DNA of 64,000 nucleotides. Origin: Antedon mediterranea (lineage: Eukaryota; Animalia; Echinodermata). The stretch is taken from assembly GCF_964355755.1 (NCBI RefSeq), contig NC_092673.1, forward strand, positions 31,865,648 through 31,929,647. The letters are read 5' to 3'. The notes below the pieces were generated by a model, which worked only from the letters and a program-made list of their open reading frames with translations, made no database searches and was not told where the DNA came from. Made by a program: the position numbers and the translations under genes. Of this stretch, positions 37,101 through 50,591 are shown piece by piece; within the stretch, counting starts at the first letter, position 1; each line of letters starts with the position of its first letter.

Positions 37101-38352
37101 TATACATCTTTTAAATAGTTCTATCTCAAAAGTAAATGGAAGATTTGGATAGCTTTAACAATTAGCTTTCCAAAGATACCCGTCACAACAAAATCGGTCC
37201 ACACGTTACGGAGATACGGTCATTTAAGTATAGCCTGCCGCGTCGATTTTGCGCAAAATCGCGAAGAAACGACGGCGCGCAGCGCGCGAACCGTTGGTCG
37301 TAGGGCGCTCAAATTAAAAATTTCAGGTTTTTTAGGTAAAAATAACCCAAAAACAAAATTTGAGCAAATTTGAAGAAAGTAGGGTTTAACCCATTGGGTG
37401 ATTTGACATGGAATGACCCAATAGCTATTCAAACGTGTGTCTATCAACATACTAACCTGACTATTATAAACTCAGGATGGTTAATGAATCCATTCAATAA
37501 ACTAAATTATAAACTAAAAGGTAATTAAATGTATAAAAATAAATGTCGCATAAAGCGGAAATCAAAAATAAGTGTATAATACAATAGTCTCAATTCTACA
37601 ATCACACTCCAATTGTCTCTAGGTCAATCAATACCAAGAGTGTACTGCCATCTAGTAAATGACCCACATTTACCAGAATCGTCCTGATACACTCATAAAA
37701 TTAAAAGTATTAGCAAAAGCAAGTTAATCACTTCAAGACCCTTTAACTTAAAACGGGAGAGAACAATGTGTGATTGCAGAACCTTACTTTACAGTAACAT
37801 AAATTACCAAGCGCAATTGCAAATGGTATCACAAAAGTTATAAAATATAATCAAAGTTAAGTATCACATAACTAATCTAAAGCATTGAGCCAATGCAAAC
37901 ATAATGCATAAACCTAATCTTCATAAGCTTAAATCTCAAATTAAGTTATATTAACAAATTTGTTAAATATAAAATAATATAATTGATAGGTCTTACCTAA
38001 GAAAAGAGCCAAAATATGAAAAAGTGACTTTCCTTTAAAGTTGTTAAAAATGTATAGATGTTTCTTGTGAGCAGGCACAAGTGGAAGTGAGGTATAATCA
38101 TCAGAAATGAAGATAATCACCTTAGTTGCCTAGCAACTTGGCAAAACACATTCCTTACTTCCCAAACAGTGGTCACTTTGACCCACTTGGGGTAACCTTT
38201 GTTGCAATTAAGCTGCATTCTTTTCTACTGACCTATAAACTATATTTATATACATTGTAAAAACAGATACATTCAAATGAATAAAATCAAACAGAAAGAT
38301 ATAAGAAAGATATAAATGGTAAAATATATTCATAAAAAATCATAGGGTTACA
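34142..38352 (-). mobile_element. Gypsy 5' LTR (~1.57 kb) interrupted by a foldback element
   Basis: TGTAACCC...GGGTTACA termini, adjacent to PBS and gag. Confidence 0.75.
34779..37419. mobile_element. Sola2-like foldback non-autonomous transposon, ~1-kb TIRs, 4-bp TSD
   Basis: AATA|GGGTCATTCCAT...ATGGAATGACCC|AATA. Long near-perfect arms. Central ~195-bp tandem units each carry the inverted pair ACGGCATGGACCGGGG/CCCCGGTCCATGCCGT. Confidence 0.8.
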
Positions 38353-40610
38353 TATGTACAGTGGAATCATTACAATACCTGCCCTGAAGGATGACAAATA
38401 ATAATGTCTTACTTGTCATACGTCAGGGCAGGTATACGACTATGTATAGTGGAATCATACAATACCTGCCCTGAAGGATGACAAATAATAAATGTCTTAT
38501 TTGTCATACGTCAGGGCAGGTATACGGCTATGTACAGTGGAATCATACAATACCCAGTGGCGTATCCAGGATTTTGAAGTTGGGGGGGGGGGGGGCAGGA
38601 ATTGCCAATTTGCCGACAAGATTGGTGTCATAGTATGTTGTATTCATATTACAATAAAGAAAGAATTAGGAAAATCTGATTTGTAGTTTTCGAAATATAG
38701 GGTCTAAAACATCGCCGAAAATGATCGTTTTTAGCCACGAAAGAAGTAAAACAATTTGCGGCCTCAGTCGACAATTCTATTAACTACGCCATTTTTGGTT
38801 AAAATAATTACATATAATTACGTTTTTTAGTAATTTATTTTATATATCACCATTGGAAATATCAATAAAACATGTTATTAAAATGCTTATAAAATATCAT
38901 AAAGTTGTTTACTTAACGGAATTCGGACAAATTCATTGCTTTAACTTTGTGTAGTAACATAACGATCATAGACTTGCCCCAAGTCTGTATTTATTGTCTT
39001 TTTTTTTTTATTTATTTGTTTTTATTTCGACCGCGATTTTTCTCTGAAAATACAGACTTGTGAAACACGTATAGAAATCAATTTGCAGACCGCAAACATC
39101 CGATAAGAATGACGTAGGTTACGATACCGTATTTGGCTATATGGGGCGGGCGGTATGTAAATATGGATTTCGAATCAACCAATGATCATTTTGTTTCAAA
39201 ATGAAAAAGATAGAGTACGTACAGTGCTGAATGTACGATCGAGACTGAACAACTGTTGAAATATAAAATCGTGTTGCCAAGTTGTTTTGTTTATTAATTG
39301 TTTAGTCCTGGCCTAGGCCTCCTTCGTAGGGATACTCAACTCGTACGTATGACCTGCCAAATAGAACGCCAATAAGGTAGGCCTACATACCACCACCGAC
39401 CGGCACACATCACCAGGGCTAGTACACCGGCACAGTACACAACAGGGCTACACCACCACACAGAACAGGACGGGTATGGCTGGGTGGGAAGTAAATTAAA
39501 TTATCTCCGCATAATAAATGATCCATTCAATGTTTGATTTGCGGAGAAGCTAGCCTATCATATCAAGACGAGTTTTCATGTTCTTGGGAAAAATCCCATC
39601 AAATGTTTACCAGACTACTAGGCATATAAAATCATTTCTAGCTTTCAGAAACTGTCATCAATGTACCGCCGTACCCAAGTACACATTTAGTCTAAACTAA
39701 ACGTAATATAGCGCATGCGCATCGTCTTAGATGTTGAGTCTTTGAAATTCTGAAATATGAATATTAAAACTGTGTACGAGTGAGTAGCCAATCGCATGCA
39801 GCTGAAACTAGTCAACCGGATAATCGTATGCACCAAGAATTCTTGGTGTCAAACCACGTGACTTGTGCGTGTTTCCCCAGACGGAGTATCCAAACTCAAG
39901 TAATACACGTATGAAACGCCATATGTGCAAAAATATTTATATTTTTACTAATAATTATTAAGACAAAACTCCGTCTGGAGCCCAGACTATCGATCAGAGA
40001 GATTCATGGTACGCGCGAGAGAAAACATTCCGCTGCGGGTGATTGATCGCATCCACCAATCAAATCAGCTAGAATCCTAAATCATTCAACCGTGAGAAAT
40101 GCCAATCGCGAGAAAGCTCAGCTTTGATTGGCTTACGATGACATCATATCACAAAATGGTGGTTTTGTAGTTGAGCCTCACGGAATATTCTGTTCCAAAA
40201 ATGAAATACATGGATATTTTTACTCGGGGTACCCGAGTCTAGGACTTACTCATTTTCTTCTCTTCTTCCATCTGGACACTATTGAGTAAAAAGTGCGATT
40301 TTTAAAGTACTACTCGCTCCCCTCCCTTATTAGTTGTAGTATTGAGCTGGGAATTGGCATGAATATACTACAGGGACATGTCCTAAAATCTATAGAACCG
40401 GATTTTTAAATTTCAAACCGGATGCAGCCATATGACGTCTCGAAGATGGTACCATATAGCCGTATTTGGTAGGTTATTGATGTGTATGTGACGTCACATC
40501 CCGTCTTATGACGTCATTACAGCTTCATTTTTTAATTAATTTGTTTAATTAAGAAGCCACAATGTGTGACACACTCCACAGCGTTATGTAGTTATATGCG
40601 GCTTCTTGGC

Positions 40611-40668
40611 GTGGTTATCACGTCTGTTTAACACGCAGAAGGTCCCCGGTTCGAGCCCGGGCGAAACC
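40611..40668 (+). pseudogene. tRNA-Val(AAC) pseudogene, 5' end lost, followed by oligo-T
   Basis: GTGGTTATCACGTCTGTTTAACACGCAGAAGGTCCCCGGTTCGAGCCCGGGCGAAACC then T10. Confidence 0.75.
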
Positions 40669-40881
40669 TTTTTTTTTTAACTTTATGGTGAAAAGTACTG
40701 TATACGCAATATGATATACAGTATATCTTATTTTTATTATTTTTTAAAATATTTATTTTGTGTAATCGGTAATTATCACTTTTACACATGTTTATCTTGC
40801 TTTGTGCTTATTACCATAATAATTTATTTGTAATTTAAATGGATTAAAAAACTTTGTGTAACCCACATTTTTGGTGTAAGA

Positions 40882-40957
40882 GGTTTCGTAGTGTAGTGGT
40901 TATCAAGTCTGCTTAACGCGCAGAAGGTCCCCGGTTCGAGCCCTCATGGCGAAACCA
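40882..40957 (+). tRNA. tRNA-Val(AAC)-like, probably a pseudogene (short insertion after the T-arm)
   Basis: GGTTTCG/CGAAACC acceptor stem, TAGTGTAGTGG A-box, TCTGC-TTAACGC-GCAGA anticodon arm, GGTTCGAGCCC B-box, extra TCAT. Confidence 0.75.
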
Positions 40958-41971
40958 TTTGTCCTCAAAGCTATAGAGCCGGATTTTTTATTTCAAACCG
41001 GATGCAGCCATATATCACGTCTCGAAGATGGTACCGTATAGCCGTATTTGGTAGCGCGGTTATTGATGTGTATGTGACGTTACATCCGGTTTTATGACGT
41101 CATTACAGCTACTTTCGCTGTACCCCGAGTATTGCACATTCGTGCTTGTTTATGGTATATGTGCTTTTTCTTTAAAAATTTAGAATAATAAAGGCCTCAT
41201 ATCGAGAAAAAAAACCGGGTTTTTGGCACTTATAATAAATATATCTTAGACAAAAAAGCACATGGCATGTGGAACTATAATCTCTTAGCGTAGGAAGACA
41301 TACAAATCCCAGGTCATGAGAGGCTCAACTGCATGCAAAAACAAGGTTTTAGGGTAAGGTCAAAGACTTTTGAGTAAACAATCTACCGCGTACGGCCGTA
41401 CGTACGTGCTACACATTTTTTACGTGTTTCGGTAGATGTAATGAAAATAAAAAACAGTTGATCTGAAGGGATCAATGATGATATGATATGTAAATAAACA
41501 AACACTCAAAAGAATTATGTTTACAGTTCAATTATTGTCAAAACAAATAGTTTATTTTTTTCCCCGGCACCTTTGTTTGCCGACGGCCGCAATGATGTGC
41601 CGACGAAAACGAAATCAGGGGGGGGGGGGGCCGGCCCCTACTGGATACGCCACTGACAATACCTGCCCTGAAGGATGACAAATAATAAATGTCTTATTTG
41701 TCATACGTCAAGGCAGGTATACGGCTATGTACAGTGGAATCATACAATACCTGCCCTGAAGGATGACAAATAATAAATGTCTTATTTGTCATACGTCAGG
41801 GCAGGTATACGGCTGTGTACAGTAGAATCATACACTACCTGCCCTGAAAGATGACAAATAATGTCAAGGCAGGTATACGGCTATGTACAGTGGAATCATA
41901 CAATACCTGTCCTGAAGGATGACAAATAATAAATGTCTTATTTGTCCTACGTCAGGCCAGGTATACGGCTA

Positions 41972-42307
41972 GCGATATTTCTTTTCGTACATAAGTTGGG
42001 GACCCCTCGTGAAACGTCACAAAATATACATGAATATTCATTAGTCATATCAATAAGGTGTGACGTAAGAATTAAGCTAATTACAATTCGCTAATGCAAA
42101 CGATTTCTGTCGAGCCGTCTGCGTAGTCGAGTGGATAAGACTATGGACTTTAGCATGTCGATGTATGGGGTTCGATTCCCATGAGCTACTTCTTTTACTT
42201 TATAGTGAGAGACAGATTATTAAGAGGGTTAGGTTCAGTTATATTTAGGAAGTAGTTCGGCTTTCTTTCACATGGGGTCCCCAACTTATGTACAAAAAAA
42301 AAATCGC
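41972..42307. mobile_element. MULE MITE, 9-bp TSD, containing a tRNA-derived segment (~42115-42190)
   Basis: ATACGGCTA|GCGAT...CGTACATAAGTTGGGGACCCC ... GGGGTCCCCAACTTATGTAC..ATCGC|ATACGGCTA. A-box TAGTCGAGTGG and B-box GGTTCGATTCCC. Confidence 0.85.
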
Positions 42308-43421
42308 ATACGGCTATGTACAGTGGATTTGCCGGAATAGTAGGCATAGATTAGTATTCGTTTACGTTGATTCTCCTTTTTTCTACAGCTTATCTAACTT
42401 CAAATACATATAAACATATATTTGTGTTTATCTCGATTTTTTGTAAAAATAATCATGATTATGTATTATTTATGCTTTTGACCTATTGTATCGTTATACT
42501 GTTATCCAATTGTTTTCGCGCCGCGGCTCTAGCCAGCTATGTCCCAGGAGGACACATTCATTAATAAGCTGTTTCATAGCGATAGCTTTAGTATCTAAGG
42601 CTGACAGTTTTGTGAATTTGGAAACTCGACTAAAATTTATAGGTAGCTGCTGGACCCCAAAAAACGTCTGGGAGAAGAGAGTCTATATGAAAGCCTTTGC
42701 TGATAATACTGTATTATTGAGATGTAGACGGAAATCTGTAAAATCTTGTTCAATAAATAATAACTTCGTTTTTGCTGTCAACGAGGCCGGTATTATAATA
42801 AGTCACTGTCAAATAATCATTTGATAATGGTCAAAACTTTATTTTGGCTCTGTCAACATAAAGGGAGGTATTTACAATGACTTTCTTTTGACTGTCAATC
42901 TAGGCCAATGTTATAATAATATGCCGTCAGATATTAAATCATTGAAACAGTCCTACTAAATTTTTTTTTGGTTATCATATGCCGTGGGGGGGGGGGGGGG
43001 GGTCCAATCAGTTATCGTCAGAAGGTGAACAATCAGTCTAGGTAGCAGCAGCAGATTATTAGGAACGCCTGCTCCATTAATTAATCCAGAAAAAGGTTTG
43101 TACATTATCTATTTGTTTATTAGCCTTCTCATAACACAATTATATTTTCTTTAAAAAAAAGGTTTTATAGGCCCTAAGTGGTTTCAACATTTATGATAGT
43201 AATGTCACAGTTCTGTGTCTGGACGCAAGTTCATAGACCTACTAGTTATATTATTCATATTAACTGATACTTACTCTTCATTTACCGTAAAGTTCAGTTT
43301 TAATGAAATATATAATATAAATTGGCTTCGTAACAATTAATTAGTGTTGAAAAGGTTAGTTTTTTGGTGATAGGTGAAAATGACATATAACTTCGTAATC
43401 AATTTATTTTTTTTTGTATAA

Positions 43422-43775
43422 AGGCCCAATTACACTATGACGATAACGACGGACGATAAATATATAGCATGCATTTTTTTTACATAAACCAAAAGAAATT
43501 AGAAAGGTTTTCGTTCTAGACCTATAGGATAATCATTTATGCTGTCTTTGATAAAAATAATGTTTTTCAAATTCCAATCAAATGACGTCATGATAAATAA
43601 AAACAATAACATCGCTGTATTGTCACGATATTATTGGTCTTACTAATCATGACGTCATTTTATTGGACGTGTGAAAATATAATTTTCATCAAAGTAATTG
43701 TTTATATTTCTTTTGGTTTATGTATTAAAAATGCACATTTGTCTATTTATCGTCGATCGTTATCGTCCTGGGCCT
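43422..43775. mobile_element. Small foldback MITE (Harbinger-like AGGCCCA termini)
   Basis: AGGCCCA...GACGATAACGA..GACGATAAATA mirrored by TATTTATCGTC..TCGTTATCGTCCTGGGCCT; the interior is also loosely inverted. Confidence 0.55.
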
Positions 43776-44114
43776 TATGCTGTAAATGTTCAATTAATTG
43801 ATCATTCCGATTTTATTAGTTGGACTCTTGCACAGTTGCTATATAGCTATAGATAGCTATCTAATCGTTGTTGTGTAATATCATTTCGAACCATATTAAA
43901 ATCATAAAGAGATTCATATTCCTTAACATGTGGCTGTGCATGGAAGTCCGGTCTACAAAAACTCGGGCCCGGGATCATTGTTATTGGGCCTGAAAGTGTT
44001 GGGGAATTCATAATTATACTTAATATTATATTTATATATATATATATATATATATAATTATATTATTATACAATTGAAAGCAAAACCCGTTGAATCTCAA
44101 ATCATTACGACTAG

Positions 44115-45205
44115 AAATTTGGCTTATCAATCAAATAAATACTTTCGTTCAAAATGAAACTCCACCCTAAATAATCAAAAGATTGAACTCGAAAACGTAC
44201 CGTTTTTTTTTTATTGGGTATGTTGAAACATTTCAATATTCATTTAAAAAAGTACATTAATTATGGTATTGATCAGTGGCTATAGAGGCGTAAAAACCCT
44301 CGGTCAATATCATGTAAAATGCACTGTGGAAGGGTCATTATTAAGACTGCAAAATTGGGCTTATCAACAAATAAATACTTTCGTTCAAAATGTAAAATCA
44401 AGGCTGAAAAATTGGGCTTATCAACAACAAAATATTTTATTATTAGATGCGATAACATCAAGGATAATCAGTATAATTATTAATAATAGCCACTGTTACT
44501 AGTGTTATTCTACATGCTAAAGTAAATAAAAATCCACTAGAAAACAAACAAGTCTGAATGTTATGCTTATTAGCCATGTTATGTTTGTTACTGTAGGCCT
44601 ATGATTGTTTGCAATGTCCACATATTATTTCCGTGGGCATATCCATAGTGTATCACTCACAAAAAAGACGTGTGAGGTTCTTTCTTTAGATTTTGAAGAA
44701 TGATTTGTGTTACAGGTTGACACATGAGTCAAATGCTCAAGATATCGGCTAACGCCATGGGACCCTTGGCTTATCAATGAATAATAAATACAGTACTACT
44801 TTCGTTCAAATGAAATCGGAATCTGACCGTTTCATTAAATTGGGTGTGATTAGGCCTAAACATATAATAATTTATTAAAAAGGTACAATAAAAACAAATG
44901 CATCAGAGGCGTAAAGAACCCACGGTCAATATCATGTAAAATGTATATGGTATAAGCACTTAGGAAGGGGTCATTATTATTAAACTGGAAAATTCGGCTT
45001 ATCAACAAATAAATACTTTCGTTTAAAATGCAAAATAAGACTGCAAAATAGGGCTTATCAACAAATAAATACTTTCGTTCAAAATGTAAAATAAGACTGC
45101 ACAATTAGGCTTATCAACAAATAAAATACCTTTTTTTTCAAAATGTAAAAATAAGACTGGAAAATTGGGCTTATAAACAAATAAATACTTTTTTTCAAAA
45201 TGTAA
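44115..45205. repeat. Dispersed/tandem ~57-bp repeat (GGCTTATCAACAAATAAATACTTTCGTTCAAAATG)
   Basis: Copies near 44120, 44357, 44414, 44768 and four in tandem at 44990-45205. Confidence 0.75.
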
Positions 45206-47407
45206 GAAAACATTTTTTAAATATCGTCGTCGACACCACGAAGTGACACTAACCGCGTAATTGATAAAAACAGCGTTTCGAGAAAAACGCGATTGAAGAA
45301 ACGAGCTTCACAAAACCCACGATTTCGTCCTCAAAAAAATGTCACTAAGATTTTTAATTTACATACATACAAAGTTATACAATCCAGCTACCGATTACTT
45401 TAATTTAATTTTAATCATATTAATTAATTACCAAGTAAATTAAAGTTAAACATTAGTGTCACTTCGTGAAACCGAAAAATTCATTTCCCTACGTAGTTTA
45501 CGCTTACGAAGTGACACTAATGCAGTTAGTGTCACTTCGTGAAACCGCAAATTCCATTTCACCGCGTATTTCTACTGCGTTGGAAGTGACACTACTGTGT
45601 AATTCATATCTTTCCAATGCAATGATCTTACATCATAACAATTATGTATGGTCCTTGATAAGTGAACACTATTATATATACAATTACAAACATTCATGTC
45701 TCTAGCCCTGCCTGCACTATCCGACTTGCTTCATCTTCCATTTCCATCAAATTTTTGCTCAAGAACTATCTTTTCCTTGCTTATCACATGGCCATCTCCT
45801 CTGAGATGGCCATTTAATGTATTGTTTTCATTGATTTCTCTTTTGATTCTATTCATTTTCCATTATTTTAGTTTGTTAGTTTTCATAAATTCTATTTATT
45901 TTTATTTAATTTTTAATTGTTGTATGTTATTGTCTTTTTTAATTGCATTTTTGTGAGGTTCTCTCTATCTAATGATCACCTTCGACTGGATGGACCACCC
46001 TAGTAAAATATTGTTGAAATAAATAAAATCAAACTTAATGTGACCAACATTAATGTGATGTGCTTATATGAACACAATGGCATAATATCACTACCATATT
46101 TGGGCACATCATACTTTTTTTGTCAAACTAGTTTGATAGTTTAGAAAGGGTTAGGTTATTTATAAATGAAACAACCACATCAAATAAATCTAAAAACATA
46201 GGTTGACCTACTTTAACACTTTTAATAAAAACATAAAATTACATAGACATATAAATAGGCCTATCTGGAATGTACAGTAAGCATAATGTACATATTCATT
46301 TTTTTTTTCCATATTATTAAATATAAATTATTTTTTCAACATTGAACAATTAATAATTCAGTAATACAGCCAGTATTAATTTATATCAAAAATTATTCTC
46401 TATTGTTATAAATCTTTAAAATACTTAATCAATGTCATTACATAATTTTATTCTATTACCAGTATGCTTTTTAATTTATTCAATCCATTGTTCTGTGATG
46501 TACACATCATCTAAAATGCTCATAGGCCTATAACATAAACACTTGCTACAGGCTGCCTACAACCTCCCCTTTTTAAACCTTGGACTTGATACCTTCTCCC
46601 TTAAATTGATGTAGATAGATTGCTTGTTGATCGAATGGCCCCTTATCTTATTTTCTTGAAACTGTTCTGAAAAAAAAACACACATTTTAACAGTGATTTC
46701 TTATTATTGTTAAAAATCAAGCAGAGTAGTTTAATCTAGCTAGAGAGTCTACTCTAGCCAAGTAGTAGTACTACTACTACTACTATTCCCTGAGCATACG
46801 CATACTCTAGTTTTTGTTAGGCCTATGCTAGTCTTAGAGGACCTAACTAACTAGGCCTACTAGTACTAACCGAACAATGTACGTCAGGCCAGATGCTAGC
46901 CTATAGTTAGATCTGGGCAAGCTAGCTATGCCTAAACGTTACAGTAAAGTAATAGGTCTAGGCCTAGCCTAGGCCTACTTGTGCCTAGCTAGTAGTAGGC
47001 TAAAAGTGTGTCAAATTACTGTTTTATAAATTATAAAATAAATATATAATAGGCTTCGACATAAGGGATACATGAGCAGACTAAAATTCTTTAAATAAAC
47101 TAATTAACTTACCGTCTTTCTTGATAAAATTTAATGTTGTGGAGTGTGCGTCCAGATCACCCTAGCTAGGCTGTAGGCTAGGCCAAAACAGTAAACAAAC
47201 GCGCAAAATTCATTACCCGTGGCACTCGCAAGCAGCACATACGGGTATTTAATAAATAGTGTCACTTCGTAAAAACGCAAATTCCATATGATGGTGTTTT
47301 TTGATATTGACTAATTAATGTAATTAGTTAATTAATGATATTTGAATGTTTATATTTTGTGAAAACATAGAGTTCGATGTACATAATCAAAATATATATA
47401 TATATAT

Positions 47408-49010
47408 ATCCAAATCAAAACCCATGGTTTAATAAGTCTATTAAGGATCTGATACGAAATAGAGACAGGGCTTTCAGATCAAATGATAAGGATCTATTTA
47501 GGAAATCAAAATACGAGTTAAGAAAGGGAATAAATAAAGCCAAGAGAGAATATAAAAATAGGTTAGAGGAAGATATATCTTCCGGCGATTCCAGAGAGTT
47601 ATGGAAAAGCTTAAATAAAATAACTAACTACAAACCAAAATCTGATAAAATTAACTCAAATGATGACCTACCCCAACGACTGAATGATTTCTTCAGTCGT
47701 TTTGACACTCCCCCTCTCCATGAAGACAATAATTATGAAAATGGTAATGATGTACCGTTAGTTGTTCTTGAAGAGAATACTTGTATTGAGTTTAGTAGAT
47801 GTAAGTCAAATAAGTCAGCTGGTCCAGACGGTATATCCCCTATGCTTGTTAAACATTGTTGCAAACAGATTGCCCATATTTTTACATACATTTTCAATTT
47901 CTCTCTTATATCTCAAATTATTCCGCGATGTTTTAAAGATTCTATAATAGTTCCAATTCCGAAACGTTCCAATCGAAACCCTGAATGATTATCGACCTAT
48001 AACATTAACATCGGTTCTGATGAAATGCTTTGAACATATAGTCCTTAATTACCTAAAGGCCAAGTGTCCTCGAGATCTTGACCAATATCAGTTCGCCTAT
48101 AGACCAAACCGGTCTACCGAAGATGCTGTATCGATCACTTTGCATAGGATCTTAGAGCATCTCGAACGTGATAAAAGATATGCTAGGATTTTATATATAG
48201 ATTTTAGTTCAGCATTTAATACGATTGTACCGTATAAGTTACACACTAAGATGGTTGAAATCGGTTTCGATATTTCTATATGTAACTGGGTGTTAAACTT
48301 TTTAACCGATCAACCCCAACGTACTAAAGTGGGTACCATTATATCAGATAAGCGTATTATAAATACAGGTGTACCACAGGGCTGTGTACTGTCGCCCTTT
48401 CTTTTTACTTTATTTACCTATGACTGTGTTACCTACTACAGTAACTGTCACATCGCTAAATTTGCGGATGATACTACCATTGTAGGTCTAATCAATGATG
48501 ACAGTGATGAGTCTAATTATCGCAACCAAGTTAAACGAGTTGTAGACTGGTGTAACGAAAACAATCTGTTCTTGAATGTATCTAAGACTAAAGAAATGGT
48601 TGTTGACTTCCGTAAATCACTTAATGTCAAATATCCAATATTTATTAATGGTATATCAGTTGAGTTTGTAGAAGAATTTAAATTCCTGGGTATTTATATT
48701 TCAAATGATCTGAAGTGGCATATTAACACACGTAACATTATTAGAAAGGCCCAAAGAAGAATCTACTTCCTACGTAGACTTAAATCATTTGGTATAAACT
48801 CTGAAATAATGTCGTCCTTCTATAGGTCAGTTATAGAGAGTGTAATAACGTATTCTTTAACGGTATGGTTCGGTAGCGCTACCGAAAATGAAAAGCATGA
48901 CCTAAATAGAATAGTCAAGACCGCATCGCGTATAATTGGATCTACACAACTGCCTTTGGAGAACATATTTTCGGATCGTCTTCTGAAAAAGGCAGTGGCT
49001 ATCAAAGATA
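47408..49010 (+). mobile_element. Rex1/Babar-type LINE RT, 5'- and 3'-truncated, one frameshift near 47975
   Basis: Motifs NQNPWF, KSAGPDGI, MKCFE, QFAYRPNRSTEDA, IDFSSAFNTI, GVPQGCVLSPFLFTLFTYDC, KFADDTTIVGLI and LNVSKTKEMVVDFRK. Confidence 0.9.
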
Positions 49011-50591
49011 AATTCCAGATTTTTAGGTTAGTGTCACTTCGTAATGCCGACGACGATATAATCCTTAAGCTCTGTCTATACTATCAAACTAAATATGATG
49101 TGACCATAGTATATAGACATGACGATGTCATATCACTACGATATTCGGGCATATCACTACCATATTTGGGCACATCACACTTTTTTTGTTAAACTAGTTG
49201 GGACAGTGTAGACACAGAACTATGTGTTCGAAACATAAGTCGGAATTGGACTGACGCGATTGATTTAATTGGGTATTTTTATTAATGTAATGATTCATTA
49301 AAAACTATAGGCCTAATACCGATACGCGTTTGGTATTGATCAATGGTGCAAAAAAAACCTGAGAAATAATGTTATAACGCGATTTGGTGATTGCTTAGCA
49401 ATAATACAACCCATACTATTATTATAAATACCTATTACAAATCCATTCATATAACTTTTCATCGCGAACCGAAAATGTATAAATGTTATTCTACAGACAG
49501 TAATTATATATTCAAAAGCCATATTATTATTATTATTAATACCTAAATGCGATAGTAATAACCACATAAACATACATTAATTCCCAATACAAGTGTGTGC
49601 GTTTAAATCTAGAAAGAAACGACTGTGCTGACAGGCCAATGACATAAATCACAAGTAAAGTCCCAATTGTTCACTTGCGTTTTGATTGGCCGACCTATTA
49701 TATTAGATTAATGAAGACTGTTCTTACAACTGTCCAGTCAAAAAGTTACGCGGCGTTTTTTGTAAGAAATATATCTTGTTTAGTTTTATTTCTATGTATA
49801 AGTTTTTGTTTTTTTTTCAGTCAGACATTTTAGCTTTTTTAGTTTATACATTGATAGACCAGTTAGATATACCAATAACTAATCATTAAACAAATAAAAT
49901 CTTGTACTTGCTGTTTGCTATATCTATAATTTCAAGTACATATAAACATATATTTGTGTTTATTTCGATTTATGTAGTAATTTTATCATGATTATGTATT
50001 ATTTATACTGTTCACCTATTGTACCTTTATTCTGTTTTTTGGTTTTTTTTTTTAGTTTTTTTTTTTTAGTTTTTTTTTTTTTTTTTTATTTACTTTGTAC
50101 GTATAAGTATTTTTTTTTTCTGTCTGACATTCTGTAAGTAGGCCCTAATGTGTATTTACTACTGACCTATTGCATCGATTTATTGATTTGCTCGTTATAC
50201 AATTGTTTTTAGGTATCTACTCAAGTGTGCAATTATTACTGTACATTTGCTTTTTGTTTGTTTTTTTTTTCAATGTAAGTTAATTATGTAAGTTTTATCA
50301 TCATTTACCTTTTATATGTTGTTGTTTATATTTGTATGGACGAACCACCGAAAGGTGTGTGCCACTGATTCGAAAGTGAGTACCAATAAATACTGAATAC
50401 TGAATACAGCATAAACATAACCCGATTATGATATCTAATAATATCTTTTTCAAAAATGTTTGGTAGGCCTACACTTTAATTCCATGTATATTAACCTATA
50501 TAGCTGTGGGATGTCTGGGAAAGCGATATACATAATTATTAAGTACTGTAATAAAATAAGCGACATGTGAGTAAATACTGCATGGCCGGAC

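Larger units (their letters stand above)
40217..41150 (+). mobile_element. Helentron-associated (HINE) element carrying tRNA-Val copies
   Basis: T-run + TACTCGGGGTA subTIR; 3' TACCCCGAGTA + hairpin GCAC-attc-GTGC + TTGTT. Absent from the homologous site near 54960. Internal ~145-bp direct repeats at 40380 and 40961. Confidence 0.75.
38555..41655. mobile_element. hAT non-autonomous element, 8-bp TSD
   Basis: ACAATACC|CAGTGGCGTATCCAGG ... CCTGGATACGCCACTG|ACAATACC. Confidence 0.88.
38353..42327. repeat. 88-bp tandem repeat with internal hairpin (~6-7 copies), split by two insertions
   Basis: Unit TATGTACAGTGGAATCATACAATACCTGCCCTGAAGGATGACAAAT...TTGTCATACGTCAGGGCAGGTATACGGC at 38353, 38441, 38529, 41726, 41814 and 41882. 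Confidence 0.9.

Noticed and set aside
45235-49210. CAC-terminated (CMC/Transib-like) transposon suggested by TAGTGTCACTTCGT repeats and a GGGACAGTG end, with possible minus-strand exons near 46560-47150
   Set aside because: No matching opposite terminus or TSD found and no recognisable protein.
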